Below are positions 14,077-27,270 of a stretch of 64,000 nt of DNA, in pieces. This stretch comes from Geosiphon pyriformis uo1 (taxonomy: Eukaryota > Fungi > Glomeromycota), in assembly GCA_016748015.1 (NCBI GenBank), contig JAAOMT010000617.1, forward strand, positions 628,635 through 692,634, written 5' to 3'. Below the pieces are notes generated by a model. That model made no database searches. It was not told the origin of the DNA and worked only from the letters and a program-made list of their open reading frames with translations. Within the stretch, counting starts at the first letter, position 1, and each line of letters opens with the position of its first letter. A program made the position numbers and the translations under genes.

Positions 14077-14252
14077 GTTTATAAAATTCTTTGAACGTTA
14101 TTAAAGTTAGAATGCCTAGATGCGAAGGGAAAGGGTTCAATAAAAATAACCATCCAAATAAAGGATCGTCGAATCGGGCCATGTGACAATGTATAACTGA
14201 CATCAGAAACCTGATCTTCAGGTATCAGTATACCTTTGATTTTAACAAAAAA

Positions 14253-15306
14253 ATGTCAATAAACTCCAACGAAATAACAATCACCCATGAAACATTTAAA
14301 CTTTCTTCGAAGGAATCACAAGAAAGTGGATTAGAAAATGTTGAATTTGAAAGTGAAAAAAATTTTATGGTGGATCGTGACCTATCACGATTTCCAACTC
14401 CAACTTATGATCTTACCAAATATATAGATCTTGCCCACAAACTTAACAAGAATCCGTCATCCTATCTAGAAAGATATTTTGAAAAATCCTATTTTCTTGA
14501 TCCTGGTATTATATATTAATCGAGATTTTTGGATTCTAAGTCCTTTGGAGAAATCAAAGCTCTAATTATTTACTTTCATTCATGAACCACAAGATGATTT
14601 GAAGCGAGAGGATTATTACATGTATAGTCCCCCGAATGGGTAATTAAGCTCATAATTGATCGATTGTGATAAGTCTTGATAATAAACATAATATGATCTC
14701 TTGTAGGCTCATTGTTTTTGGCTTGGCACCTTCACATCCGATTTTGAAAGATCACATAGACCCTTTGGGATCCTTCTTTCCGTTCTCACTTAAGTCCGAT
14801 TCAACTCTCACTGAACCAATCATCATATTTAACGAAGACGTAATAAATAGATTTCGCCAAAAGAAGGTTAAATTCTCAATAAAAGATGAGCTTTGTAAAA
14901 TTAGAATTGAAAAAACCTCATCAAGTCTAGAGACAATAGAAATTGGTGAGCTAACTGAAAACGAAAGATTTCTCGAAGGAATTGGCGACAAAAAAAAGGA
15001 AAAGGAATTCCAAGAATATAGCATTAAATTCCCTCTTAAAGGTGCTTTGATGAATTGGAATCAAAGGCTCAGAGGTGAGCCAGATATCTTATTTCGTAAG
15101 GTAATTAATCACACTAAAAATATCTTTCTATTACCCATCTTATTGTCCGTTCATTGATCGCATATGTCCCATTTGATCTATTTTAGCCCTTTACGGAAGG
15201 TTATCTAGGGATAATTGCCCCTGATAAGAAGAAGCTACCAGATCAAAAAAATTGGAGAGTTGAGGCTGAATACAAATTTGCAAGATTTGGCATCCCCCCA
15301 CCGTAA
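14253..15306 (+). CDS. ABITRAM/FAM206A (Simiate)-like protein, glycine cleavage H-like fold, 4 exons
   Basis: PSSYLERYF...DYYMYSPPNG/LIVFGLAPSHPIL...FPLKGALMNWNQRLRGEPDILFRK/PFTEGYLGII pattern; stop TAA 15304-15306. Confidence 0.75.
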
Positions 15307-16077
15307 AAACCACAATGGAAAAAGCAAAAAAAATTACTTGAGATATGCAAAAATTAAACCTAATTATAATCAACAAAGCTTAACCAGCTCCCAACAGTTC
15401 GACATATCAATTTCATCTCTAAATAGTCAAGATTTTAGAATATTTCTATAAGTGAGTGAGTCACCATTCAGATTTGCTTAGTTATTATATTAAATATGGA
15501 AATTTTTTTTATTGAAACAATTTTTTTTGAATTGTTTAAATACAATTGATTATTAAATGGTTTAAATAAATAAAAATATTACAATTATATTAAATTATTT
15601 ATAAAAACTTCGAAATATTTTAACTAATTAATAAATATTGCAAATATGAAAAATAATCTTATATAAATTTTAATTAATTATAATTATATATTTAAATTTG
15701 TAATTATGTAAAAATCAACTTTTTTTTTATAATTAATAGAATTACTATTTTAGTTAAAATTTTAGTTATAAATACACTCTAATATTAAGCTTTTATTAAA
15801 AATAATTAGCTTTTTAAAGCCAATACAAATTTAAATTAAAAAACCTAAAAGTTAAAAATATTATATTAAGAACAATATATTAAATATTTGTTATTTGTGA
15901 TATTTTTAACAAATATTTTAAAAAAACTTTACTTTTTAAATTTAAAAAAAAAACAATAATTAAAATTTATATAATATTTAACTTATAGTTTAATTAAGTT
16001 AAAAAAACAGAACAAAAAATTTTTAATAATTTAAAACCACAATTCAAAACTTTTTAATCTAAGTTATTAAACTATTA

Positions 16078-16138
16078 TATTATAGTTAAAAACCATAGTT
16101 TTATTAATTATTACATGTAATAGTTATTAATATTATAT
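16078..16138 (+). mobile_element. Decayed 5' end of an older family A LTR, interrupted by element A0
   Basis: TATTATAGTTAAAAACCATAGTTTTATTAATTATTACATGTAATAG matches the A LTR start TGTTATGGTTGAAACTCATAGTTTTTATTAGTTATCACATGT; ends in ATAT before the next LTR. Confidence 0.55.
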
Positions 16139-17243
16139 TATTATAGATTAGAGTAACAAGCTAACAAATAGTAAAAGAAAACAAAATTTGTAAAATAATA
16201 ATAATAAAATTACAATAAGAAAGCAAATTAAATAAGTAAGAATTTAATGTACATAATCAGTTTTATAAAAATCATAGTTGTGAATTTTTTCTGGAAATTT
16301 AAAGATAAAAAAATATTTCATAATTGTTAACAAGATAATATTATTACTATTATTTTATGTTATTACAGGTGCTTATTTGGAGTCTCAAATCAAATAACAA
16401 ACTCATAATGTAGTGCTTAATAACTGATCTCATTAATAATATCTGAAGGTTGTTTGTATTTGAAGGTTTTGGTTGAGTCTTTTGTATAATAGACAGAAAT
16501 TCACTTATTGTTTATTTATAGCTTCCTAAAATTGCAATTTTATCAAATTTCTTTCTTAGCATAATGGCCAGTAATCCTTCTGGTAAGTTATCTTCAATTA
16601 AGTGTTCTATCCTTATTTCTGGGTCTTTTACCAGTTACTTATATCTTGACATCAGTATCTTTGCATATTAATCCTTTTAATCAAGTTAGTAACTCAAATA
16701 AACAAAGACAGAAAATCAAATAAAGAAAAATAAAAAGAGAAAATAAAAAAAAGAAAGAAATAAGCCAAGGCAATAAATGTTAATATCTCATCAATAGCCA
16801 TAATCAAGAGCTATTGTTCTAGTGTAGTTAAGTATTTACTATTATTAACATAAAGTGTTAATAGCAGAAAATAAATTAAGATAGTAAATAATTATTTATT
16901 GATATTTTTGAATAGAAAAATTGCTTAGATTAAATATAAACTGAGAAATCTGTTTTTTCTACTTCTAATACTATCACTATATATACATAATTGAAATTTC
17001 TCAATTCTTCAATTCTTCACACCAAAAATCTTGGAATTTTTGGAATCCTACAATTTCTTTAAAAGAAATTCTGGAATTTTAGAATCCTGCAATTCCTTAT
17101 ATAAGAATTCTGAAATTTCTGGAATCTTACAATTCTTCTAAAAGGAATCCTGGAATTCCACATTTACTACATTTACCTCTGATTGGCTAATTTATATATT
17201 AATATTCTTCCTATATTCTATGAGTAACATTATTTCCTCCTTT

Positions 17244-17894
17244 TTAATATTGAGCTCCATTGTGATCTCTTAACTCGAATTTTCCATTTTTGAGTATTTT
17301 TTGAACTTTTTTCTCGAAAATTACTTGTGTTATCTTGTTCTGTAATTCTTCAAATTGGGCATTGATTATTTTTCCCATTTGGTTAATAATAATGGAGTCC
17401 ATTGCTAAATTGAATAAGATTTCTGGTCGGTCTTGAAATCTGATTTGTAATTAATAAATAGCTTGTATTTGTGTAGTTAGATTGTTTTTTCTTACAAATT
17501 GTTCAAGTTGTTGTAATATTTTTGGGTCAAATAATTGCTTTGTCTTATCTGTATATAAGTTCTAAATATTCAAGTGTTATTCCAAGTGAAAATAACAAAA
17601 GTTTCTTGGAGGTTGTTGTGTCTACTAATTCCATGTTTCTATTATTAACTCTGGATATTGGGTGACTTTTGGCTGTGTTTTTATTGCCAATTTTACCTTT
17701 GTGATTATTTTTTTGATAGTGTTTTCTGTTTTCCTCTGTATTTTATCTCGTGATCTTTTTCTAGTGTTTTTGTATCTGATGGTTTGTTGATTAATTGTAA
17801 TTTTCATCTCCTGTTGTTGAATTAGTTGAAAAAGTTGTTGTGCTAGTGAATAAATGTTGTTGGTAATTTTTATTTTTCTGTTATCTTTTATCAT
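17244..17894 (-). pseudogene. Family B ORF3 (env-position accessory protein)
   Basis: One frame with transition-derived stops: ...FCYFHL...QAIY.LQIRFQDRPEIL...MGKIINAQFEEL...GAQY*; homologous to 53972-54600. Confidence 0.75.
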
Positions 17895-17925
17895 GTCTAT
17901 TATGTCTTTATATTCTTTTAGTTGT

Positions 17926-19308
17926 TCAATTTGATGTGTTAATATCAATGATAATAATTGGTTTTAGATCTCATGAAATCTCATCTGGTTGGATTAATAT
18001 TTTTTGTATTTTTAATTGTGGAATATTATTGATAAATGATAATACTATATGGTGATATAATTTTAGTCGATCATCATGTGCTGCTTTGGTTAAGATTTTG
18101 TTGTTTAACCTTAATTTATAAGCTCTATTTTTAAGAATTTTTTTTATGTAAAATGATCTGTTCCATTTGGAGTCAAATTTTCTATTTTATTGTTTTTCCG
18201 TTTTAGTACAATATAAAAGTACTTTGTTTTCAATCTTGAATTCAACTGGTTTATCTGGTAGTTGGTTATTATGTTTTTTTTTTTGTTTTTTTTGTAACTT
18301 TTGGATGTTATCAGCTGCTTTTTATCATTTGTTTTCTAGAGTTTCTATCAAGTTATATGTTCTTCTTAGCAACATTTTCTGAAAATTGTCTTCAATTATT
18401 GGTTCTGTTGAATATGTGTTGATTTCTATTTCAACTGGTAATGTTGCTGTTCTATTATATACTAATTCAAATGGTGTTGCTTGTATAGTGTCTTGCTTTA
18501 TTATCTGATAAGCAAATAATATTAATGATATAAACAAATTCCATTTATCTTGGTTTTCTTGACTGATCTTGACTATTGCTTTACACAATATTCTGTTGAA
18601 TCTTTCAATTAATCTATTTGTTTGTGGATAGTATAGTAATAATAATGGTCTTTTGATTCCAAATCTTTGACTTAATTCTGCTAATGTTCTATTCACAAAG
18701 TGAGTTCTTTGATCAGATAAAAATTCTTTTGAACATCTGTGTTGGCAGATTAAATCTTGATGAATGAATTTGGCAACAGATTTTGCATCTGCTTTTTGAA
18801 TGGCTTTTGCTTCTGGTCATTTAGTAAGATAATCCATGACTACTGCAATATATCTGTTGCCTTTGCTGGTAATTGTTAATAGTCTGACTAAGTCAATTCC
18901 AATGTAATTAAATAGTTGTTCTACTTTGATTGGTCTTAACAGTTCATTAGGTTATGTTCCTCTTTTTCTCTAACAAACATTACAATTTTGCATATATTGG
19001 ATAATGTTTGGATACATAGATAGCCAATAGTATCTTTTTCTGATTCTTTTCATGGTTGCTTCTTTGTGAAAATGTCCTGCTGTTGGCTTTGAGTGCATGT
19101 TAAATAATATTGTCTCTTTTTTTGGTTCTGTAATTACTCTGGTTGGTTAATCTGGATTTCTTTTGTTCTTCTGATAAAGTATATTTTGATGGTTAATAAA
19201 ATATTTTGATTGTTGTTTTATGTTGTTTTGTTTCTTTTAAGATAATTTTTTCTTGAACTGTTGCATATTTATATAGTGCTAGAATTGTTGATATTTTTGT
19301 ACATTCAT
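17926..19308 (-). pseudogene. B1 integrase, stand-alone ORF
   Basis: Own ATG (MNVQKY), H-H-C-C zinc finger, IGIDLV, SDQRTHF, YPQTN.L.ERFN, C-terminal LKPIIII; upstream ORF1 stop at 19371-19373. Confidence 0.85.
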
Positions 19309-21199
19309 TTTTTGTTATATTTTTGTTTTTAACTGTTTAAATTTTGTTATATTTTTGGATTAAAATGTTCTTAAATTTGTTTCATTCTTAACAAACTGTC
19401 AGCATTTCTATTTTTTTTTCTTTTTTTGTAATATATTGTATAATTAAATAGTGAAAGTTCTATTTTTTATCTGACATAGTGATTATCTCCAAATTCTTGT
19501 TTCTGAATTGAAGTCAATTCATTGTAATTAGTGTACACATCAAATTTTTGGCTTAAATATTCTTTCTATTTCATGACTGCCTAATAGATTGCTAAGTGTT
19601 CTAATACTGGTGTTCTATAGTTCTTTTTAGCTGGACTTAAGCTGCAACTAGTATATATTACTGGATGTTCTTTTCCATCTGGTCTTTTCTGAGATAGTAC
19701 TGTTTCTAATGCTTGATCTGATGCATCAGTTGTGATTATGAATGGCTTGCTATGATCTGAATAGATTAGTACTAAAGCTTTAATAAGCTTTCTTCTTAAT
19801 GTATCAAAAACTTCTTGCTGAGTTTCTGTCTATTTATATTTGGTGTTCTTTGTTTAAAGCTGGTATAATGGCTGAGCCAGTTTGAAAAAATCTTTGATGA
19901 AGCAGCAGTAGTAATTTGCAAATCCCAAGAATGTTTGTAATTTGGTCAAGTTAATGGATATTGAAAAGTTCTTAACTATCTTGATTTTGTCTGAATCCAT
20001 TTTGATTTCATTTTTGCTCACAACATGTCCCAAAAACTTGAGTTCAGTTTTCCCAAAAAAACACTTGGTTGTATTTAATTTAATCCAGCTCTTTTCAGTC
20101 TTTCAAATACTTGTTGAAGATGATGTAAATAATCATCAAATGTTTTAGAGAACACATTGGTGTCATCTAAATATATGATTACTGATTTCTATAACAGTCC
20201 AGTATAAACAATTTCTATAAGTTATTGGAATGTTGCTGGAGCATTCATCAAGCCAAATGGCATTACTTCAAACTCAAAATTTTTTTTTCAGATTGTAAAA
20301 GCCATTTTCTCCTTATTTTCCAGTTTTATGGCTACTTACCAGTAATCACTATTTAAGTCTAAAGTCAAGAACCATTTTTTTCTTCCAAAAGCATTGAAAA
20401 GTTCTTGGATCTTTGAAATTGGGTAGCTATCTTCCTTGGTTATTTCATTAAGTTTTCAGTAATCCACACAAAAATGGATTTTTCTATTCTTTTTACAAAC
20501 TAATATCACTAGTAATGATCATGAACTTATTAATAATTGAATTAATCTATTGTCTAATATTCAATTAATTTCTTAACAAATGATTTTATGGCTGGCTGGT
20601 AGTACTTGATATGCTTTTTGTTTGATTGGTATTGTATCTCTAGTCTTGATTTGATGCTAAATTATGTCAGTTCTGCCAAATTTGTTTTCACTTGCAAAAA
20701 TGTTCGTAAAGTTGTTGAGTAACATTTTGAGTTGTATATGCTAAAGTGGGTTTAAATTTTTTAGATTTATTTGTTTTAATTGTTTTGGTTAAGCAAATAA
20801 CATTCATTCTGTTTATAGATTGTTTGTAATGTTATGTTGACATATCTACACAGTTGTAAAAAGTCTAGAATGGGGTTTGGTGATTGGTTTTCAATTTCAG
20901 TGGTTAAATATCCAATGGTGATTTCTTCTAATATCTTAATGATGTTTTCCATGTTGTTGTAAATAGGAATTTTGATGTAATTATGGTTTTTGGCTGGTAT
21001 ATATAAATTGACTAGTCCAATCTTTTTTGATTCACAAAATGTGGCTTCTGCTTTAAAAATCTGAACCTGATCTTTTACTTTTCTCTCTATGGCTAACATG
21101 TACTAGTCATATGATGGAATAAAAATTGAATAACAAATGAAGATAATTTTTCCCTTGTCAATAATTTTTTCCTTTGCCATATTAACTAGTACATCTATT

Positions 21200-21620
21200 T
21201 TACTCATTGATCCAAATCTCTGTATCCCTCTAACTGTAATCCCTAATTTTTCCCTGTTTTTTACTAATACTAATTAAGCTATTTTAATCAGAGGCAGAAA
21301 TATTACTTGTGCTATCTTTTCATTTGGTTCTATAATATAGGTCTTTTCTGAATTATTTTGTAGCATTGCAATGATATTTTCTACATATCTTGCATCAATT
21401 ATTCCTCTTCTGATGTTGATTTTTTTTTCACTAAGCTACTCCTAGATGTTAATTGAACTATTGTTGTTGCTGGAATTTCTAGTACTACTTTGAGATCAAT
21501 GCAGATGCATGAATGTGGTTTCACTTTGATGGCATCTTTTCTTGGATATCTTAGATCAAACTTTGTATTAATATCATATGTATGTTTAGGCATAATGCTT
21601 TTATTATTATCACTAAACCA
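21200..21620 (-). pseudogene. dUTPase domain of B1 pol
   Basis: FDLRYP...IPATTIVQLTSRSSL...IIDA.Y...KIAQVIFLPL...FGSM: trimeric dUTPase motifs 1-5. Confidence 0.8.
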
Positions 21621-24600
21621 TTTAAGTTCCTGTTCTTTGGTGAGGTCAGAAAGCACAATATATTGTTCTGAATTTGAATCAGAGTTTGAATCATTATTAT
21701 TTTCATTGCCATTTTAAATGAAACTAGAATTGTTGTTTTCATTGTTGTCATTGTCAAAGTTTGAATTGGGATTGAAATTTAATTCTAATTCTAATATGCA
21801 GCTGCTGATTGATTCTTTTTTTTTAGAGATCATGTAGATTATGTGTGGTAATAGATTGTAAATAAGGTCACACTCATTACAATATTCAAAGTCACATAGA
21901 ATCAAACAGTGGTCACATAGTCATGTGTTTATTTCTTCCAAACATTGCATTTGTTCTTCCCAAGTGGGTGCCAAATTCTGATAATGTTCATGGAATTCTT
22001 TTGGACCAGCTTCAATGTCAAGGAAAGCATCTAAATTGGAAATAAGAAAAATTTCGACTAGTTCTGATGAGTTATTCTTAATTTCTAAGATTTCACTAAG
22101 TGAAGTGCCTTTGACTTTGGTACTTGCTATTCTCTAAATCTTGTCTTTGTCATACAGATAGCTGTCCAGGCATACCAAAACACAGTTCTATGTGGTGTTA
22201 AAAGGTATTCCATAACTGACCCAGTTGCTAATAAGGATTGTGTATTGGCACAAGATATTGTATATTCTTCTTTGACCAAAAATATTATTTTATATTCCTT
22301 TGTCAAGTAACTGTTCTTTACAAGTGAGACATGGCTTATTGTTCCACTTGCCTTGTCATTTGGGGTACCTATAGCATTCCCTGTAATATAGTTTGCAGTA
22401 ATAATATGTGTGTGTTTAATAGTCTTTATTAGGTGCAATTCATGCTCTCATGGAAGAAAGTTTCTTGTTACAATCTTGGCATTTGAGTAGAATATATAGT
22501 GGTTGCTTTAGTGGTTCATGGGTATAAAATCTTTTCCAGCCACTAGTTATTTCTTTTATGGTAGTGTCTTCTTCTGATGTGTCTTTTTTTTTTCTTTTTC
22601 CTTTGTCATTTCAAAAAAGTACCAATAGTAACTTATTGTGTTTAGTATTGGTCCAGAAAACTTGGTAGGCTTCTCAGGTAGGTTTTTTTTCTTTATCATT
22701 GAACTTAATGAGTGGTGTTGTGGTGTGGGTGGTCTTAAAGTGACCATATGTGACTGGTACACATGTGTGTTGTCTATTCTAGCTGAGTTGCAATTCTTGA
22801 GTGGTCCAGTTAAGCACAGCATTGGTTTTAGACAACCAATCATTGTCAACAAGTACTTGGTATTGAGTTGCTTTTATTACCAAGACTTTAATAAATATAC
22901 TAATACCATTGATCTCAAAAGGGAAGTTATCAATTTTGCCAATAGGAGTTTTAATTACTTTATCAGCTGTAATAATTCTGGTATTGGCAGCTTAATCAAT
23001 TCAATGACCTAATTGGTTCATAAGTTGTTACATAATAATGTTGCTTACTGAACTATTGTTTAAGATCAATTTAATTGGCTGACCATCAACTTTGGCATTG
23101 GTATATATTGCCATAATGGATTTTTTATTGAGTGTGACTTCACTAAAGAATGGCATTTCTACTTGGTTTTTTAATTTGAATGGAAAGATGGCTGCTAAAA
23201 AGTCATTATTGATAATGATTGCTAATAATATGTTGTTGATAAATGGTTGCTTTTGATTGGATTTTGGTTTGTTGGGTGTAATATCTTTTGGAATAACCAG
23301 GAAACTTAAATAGTTCTGAAAATTTGGGTTTTGAGAGTACCCAGTTTTTAAACTCTGCTGGTGTGATCCTGATTGCTGGTTAGAAGAACTGGGGATTAGT
23401 TGATGGACTACTATTGCTGATCTCCAGTTTTGTTGAGTTATTCTTGGCCTTTGGTTTCTAAGTAATATTGGAGCTAAATTTTGAGATGGTATTTGAATCA
23501 GTTAGAGCTAATAGATTACTTGTGACTGTGGTGGTTGATAAATTATTGAAATAGTTGACTGATAACTTAGAGATACATATATTGGCTGCTGCATTATTTG
23601 AATGTAATTAAGTTGATATTGATCTTAATTTGGGTAATAGTTCAGAGTTTGGAATCTGTGATCGGGGTTTTTGTATTGATTTTCTGATCATGGATTATTA
23701 TAAAATCAGCAGTCAGCTCTCAAGTGACCTTGTTTATCACAGTTGTGGCAGATATGTATTTCTTGCTGTTATGGTTAATTGTATGATAAGGATGAATACA
23801 ACTGATTTTGAAAATAATTTGCATTTTTCTGATTATTTTATTATTGTAAAGGTTGATAGATAGCTTGATTGTTAGCTAAATATCCCTCTAATTTCTGATT
23901 AATTGAGTCACTGAATTGCTTTAGCTTGAAATCCAAGTCAGATGATCCATTCATTACTAGATTTATGGCTTGGATATGATTGGCTTCTAATTCAGCTAAT
24001 TCTAAATCTTTGGTGTGGTTAATGACATTCTGAAGAATAGTTGGACATAGTAAACATATGCATTGTAATAAGCTGCTGCACAATCCATGAATAAACTGAT
24101 TTAAAAGCTGGGATATCATAAAGTAGTTTGCATTAATGACCTGAATTTGACACAGATTTTGGTGGAAGTATCCCAAGTAAATTGTGACTACTTTAGTATT
24201 TTCTTGTTTAATAGTAGTGAAATTAGTTGCTAAGTGATTAATACTGTTATGATCACTAAAATATTACAGAAATGTGACTTTAAATGCATTGAAATCTTGA
24301 AGTTTGTTTACAAGATTTTGGTATCAAGAATTGGTAATGTCTTATAAAAAATATGAAATGGCTTGTATTGCTCTAGCATTGTCTCAATTGTTGGCAGTTA
24401 TTGCTTTGGCTATGTTGTTGAGCCAAACTTAAGTATTATCTTTTTTGCCAGTGAATTTTTCTAGCTTGGCAATTGGTGCATAGGCCATTAGTATTGTTAT
24501 GGGTTAGAGTAACAAGCTAACAGATAGCAAGAAAGAACAGGATTGTAGGGTGATAAAAGAAATCAAAGGGAATTCAACTTCAAAGAGTGAATTGAATGAG

Positions 24601-25205
24601 TATGGATTCAATGTGTGAGATCAGTCTTATAAAATATTTCAGTCACTATACTTTTCAAAGATAACTGGAGAATCTGAAAGTAGAGGGATAGTTCATATTG
24701 TCAACAAATGATCACGCCTAGTACAATTCTATGCCTCATGTCGGCGCTCTTAAAATTCTATATCAGGTATTAGATGTACTCTTCAGTCACGTTTTATTTA
24801 ATAATCTTTAAATGCTACAATTACACATTTCAGAAAAAAGGTAAAGAATAACCAACAAGTAATCTTTTATCTTTAAAATGTTTAGATACTTGAAAGTAGG
24901 GAAAGGGAAATTAACAATAAGAGAGAAATTGAGATGAAAGTTGTTATTTTATTTATTTGATTTCCTTGATTTCTTTATTGATATTTTTCTACAGCTAAGA
25001 GACTCATTACTTATATATCTATTGAAAATGGTCAACAACCAGATTAATGATCAGGTTAATAATCAAGCCAATGATCAGGTCAATGATTAGATCATTGATC
25101 AGGTCAATAATCAGGTCAATAGTCAGGTCATTAATTAGGTCAATAATCACTATTTAAGAATAGGATGGCTAATTATATGACATCAGTGACTAATACATGT
25201 GATAA

Positions 25206-25862
25206 CTAATAAAAACTATGAATTTCAACCATAACATCATCCTCTCCAAAGAGATTGAGCTTTGGCAAAATCAAACTATTTAGGGGATACTCTATTTGAA
25301 GAGTTTTATCTAACTCAAAACTAACTAGTTTGTTGAAGTTTTTTGTGGATAAGATATATAAAACTTGAGGCAAAATGAGCTTTGTGTCCAAGAGACCAAA
25401 TCTTTGTATAAGAGTTTTGGCTCTTCTTGCAATAGTCAAAACTCTTGGGATATCTAATCATACAATGTCCAAAATTTCCACTTGTATCTCAGAAGTTGTT
25501 TTCTTTATAAGCTTTATGTCTTCTATGATTTCACCAAGACGACTATAGAGTTCTAGTTGTCTTCCATATGACAAGTTTTTGTCTATGGGCAAGCTTTCTT
25601 TAATTGTTTTTCCAATTGTGATGGAAGATGCAAGTATTACTGCTGTTATACTTTTCAGCAAATACTTATCCATTTTGCTACCAATTCTTTTTCTTCTGAT
25701 AGTTGTTTTCTTTGGTCTGATAACAGTATGTGTTTTACTGTTGTCAGTTATTGTAGTTTGTTTTCCAATAGTCAGAGTAGCATTTGGATAGTTTTTAATT
25801 CAATACTCATGAAGAGTATAGAAAGTGGTTTGAATGTTTTGATCCAGAAAATAATTGTTCAT
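25206..25862 (-). pseudogene. Family A ORF3 (A2 copy)
   Basis: ATG 25862 in frame with fragments 25458-25673 and 25206-25439. Confidence 0.8.
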
Positions 25863-25903
25863 GTCAATTGAAGATACCTCTGTTTTGGGAGTGATGCATT
25901 TAT

Positions 25904-27212
25904 TTATATCTGATTTTTGCTGATAATTTGGATCAGTATTATCACAACAAGTAACCAATCAGATCATTTGTGATATTTCTTAAGTCACATACCATAAATA
26001 GAACAATTATTAAAGATTGTTCCAGATTGATCTTGAACTATTGTTCAGAACTTTGTTGACTATAAAGGGTCTTTTCCATCAGCTAGAGAATTTATTACCA
26101 TAGACATTGTCTTTATTTGAACAGTATTCCAAAACCAAGTTACCAATGCTTAAGGAAAGTGTTTTATAGGTTTTCTTTTTCTTAAGCTTCTCTTGAAACT
26201 GTTTTATCTTTTCAAAGGCAATTATCCATGCCTTTACCAATGAGTCAAGAATGGTACCAAGTCTTCTTTGCAAAATGTCTTTGTAATTCCCTATTGTGAT
26301 TTCTTCAAAGGATATTGTCTCAATATTAGTTTCTATTGGTAATGTTGCCATTCGTCTATAGAGCAGGTAAAAGGGTTTATAACTTGTTATGTTATGATTT
26401 ACAGTTCTATAAGCAAACAAAGCTAAAGGCAGTACTTTGTCCCATAAGTTTGTTTCTTCACTTGTTTTGGCTAAGGCTTCACATAGTGTTTTATTAAAAT
26501 GTTCTACTAGGCTATTTGTTTGGGAGTGATAAAGGGAGGAAAGTTTGTAACATATTCTCATTTTTCTACAAAGTTCTTCAACCAGTGTACTGAGAAAAGC
26601 TTTTCCTCTATTAGATAAAAGTTCTTTGGGACAGCCATAGTGACAAATGATATCTTCATAAATGAAATTAGCAATGGAAACTGCTGTTTGATCTGGGGTG
26701 GTTCTTGCTTTTACTCACTTTGTAAGATAGTCAGTAGCTGTGATAATATATCTGTTGCTATTAGGAGTTATTATTAATGATCCAACAACATCTATACCAA
26801 TTCTGTCAAAGAGTTGGCCAACAGAGATTGGATGGATGTTTTCTTTGTGATTGGGTTTTCCTTTTCTTTGGCAGGTATCACAGGTTTTGATGTACTCAAC
26901 AATGTCTTTTTCCAAGGTAGGCCAATAATAGTGAACTAGAGTTTTCTGAATTGTTTTTGTTTTTCCAAAGTATCCAGCTAATGGATCAGTGTGAATGTTG
27001 TAGATCACAATTTTTTTTTCTTCAAATCTTATAATTCTCTGGAAGTAGTCAGGATCTTTTCTATTTCTTTTGTATAATTGGTTCTGGCAGATCAAATAAA
27101 AATTTGATTGTTTGCACAAAAGTTCTTTTTGCTGTCGAGTGTATTCTGGTGGATATTGTCCTTTACTCAAAAATTCCATTAAGGCAGAATAGTTGTCCAA
27201 GTCTATTATCAT
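25904..27212 (-). pseudogene. A2 integrase, stand-alone ORF
   Basis: Zinc finger H..G.FG...CDTC, RIGIDVVG, TDYLTK, YHSQTN.LVEHFN; separated from the RNase H stop (27271-27273) by a spacer. Confidence 0.85.
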
Positions 27213-27270
27213 GTTTGGTTGTAAGAAAATTACTAATAATTAGGTTGGTTTGGTTTGGAAGATTGTACTG

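Noticed and set aside
15215-15451. 78-aa ORF as last exon of the ABITRAM-like gene
   Set aside because: Wrong frame; the spliced frame PFTEGYLGII ends at TAA 15304-15306
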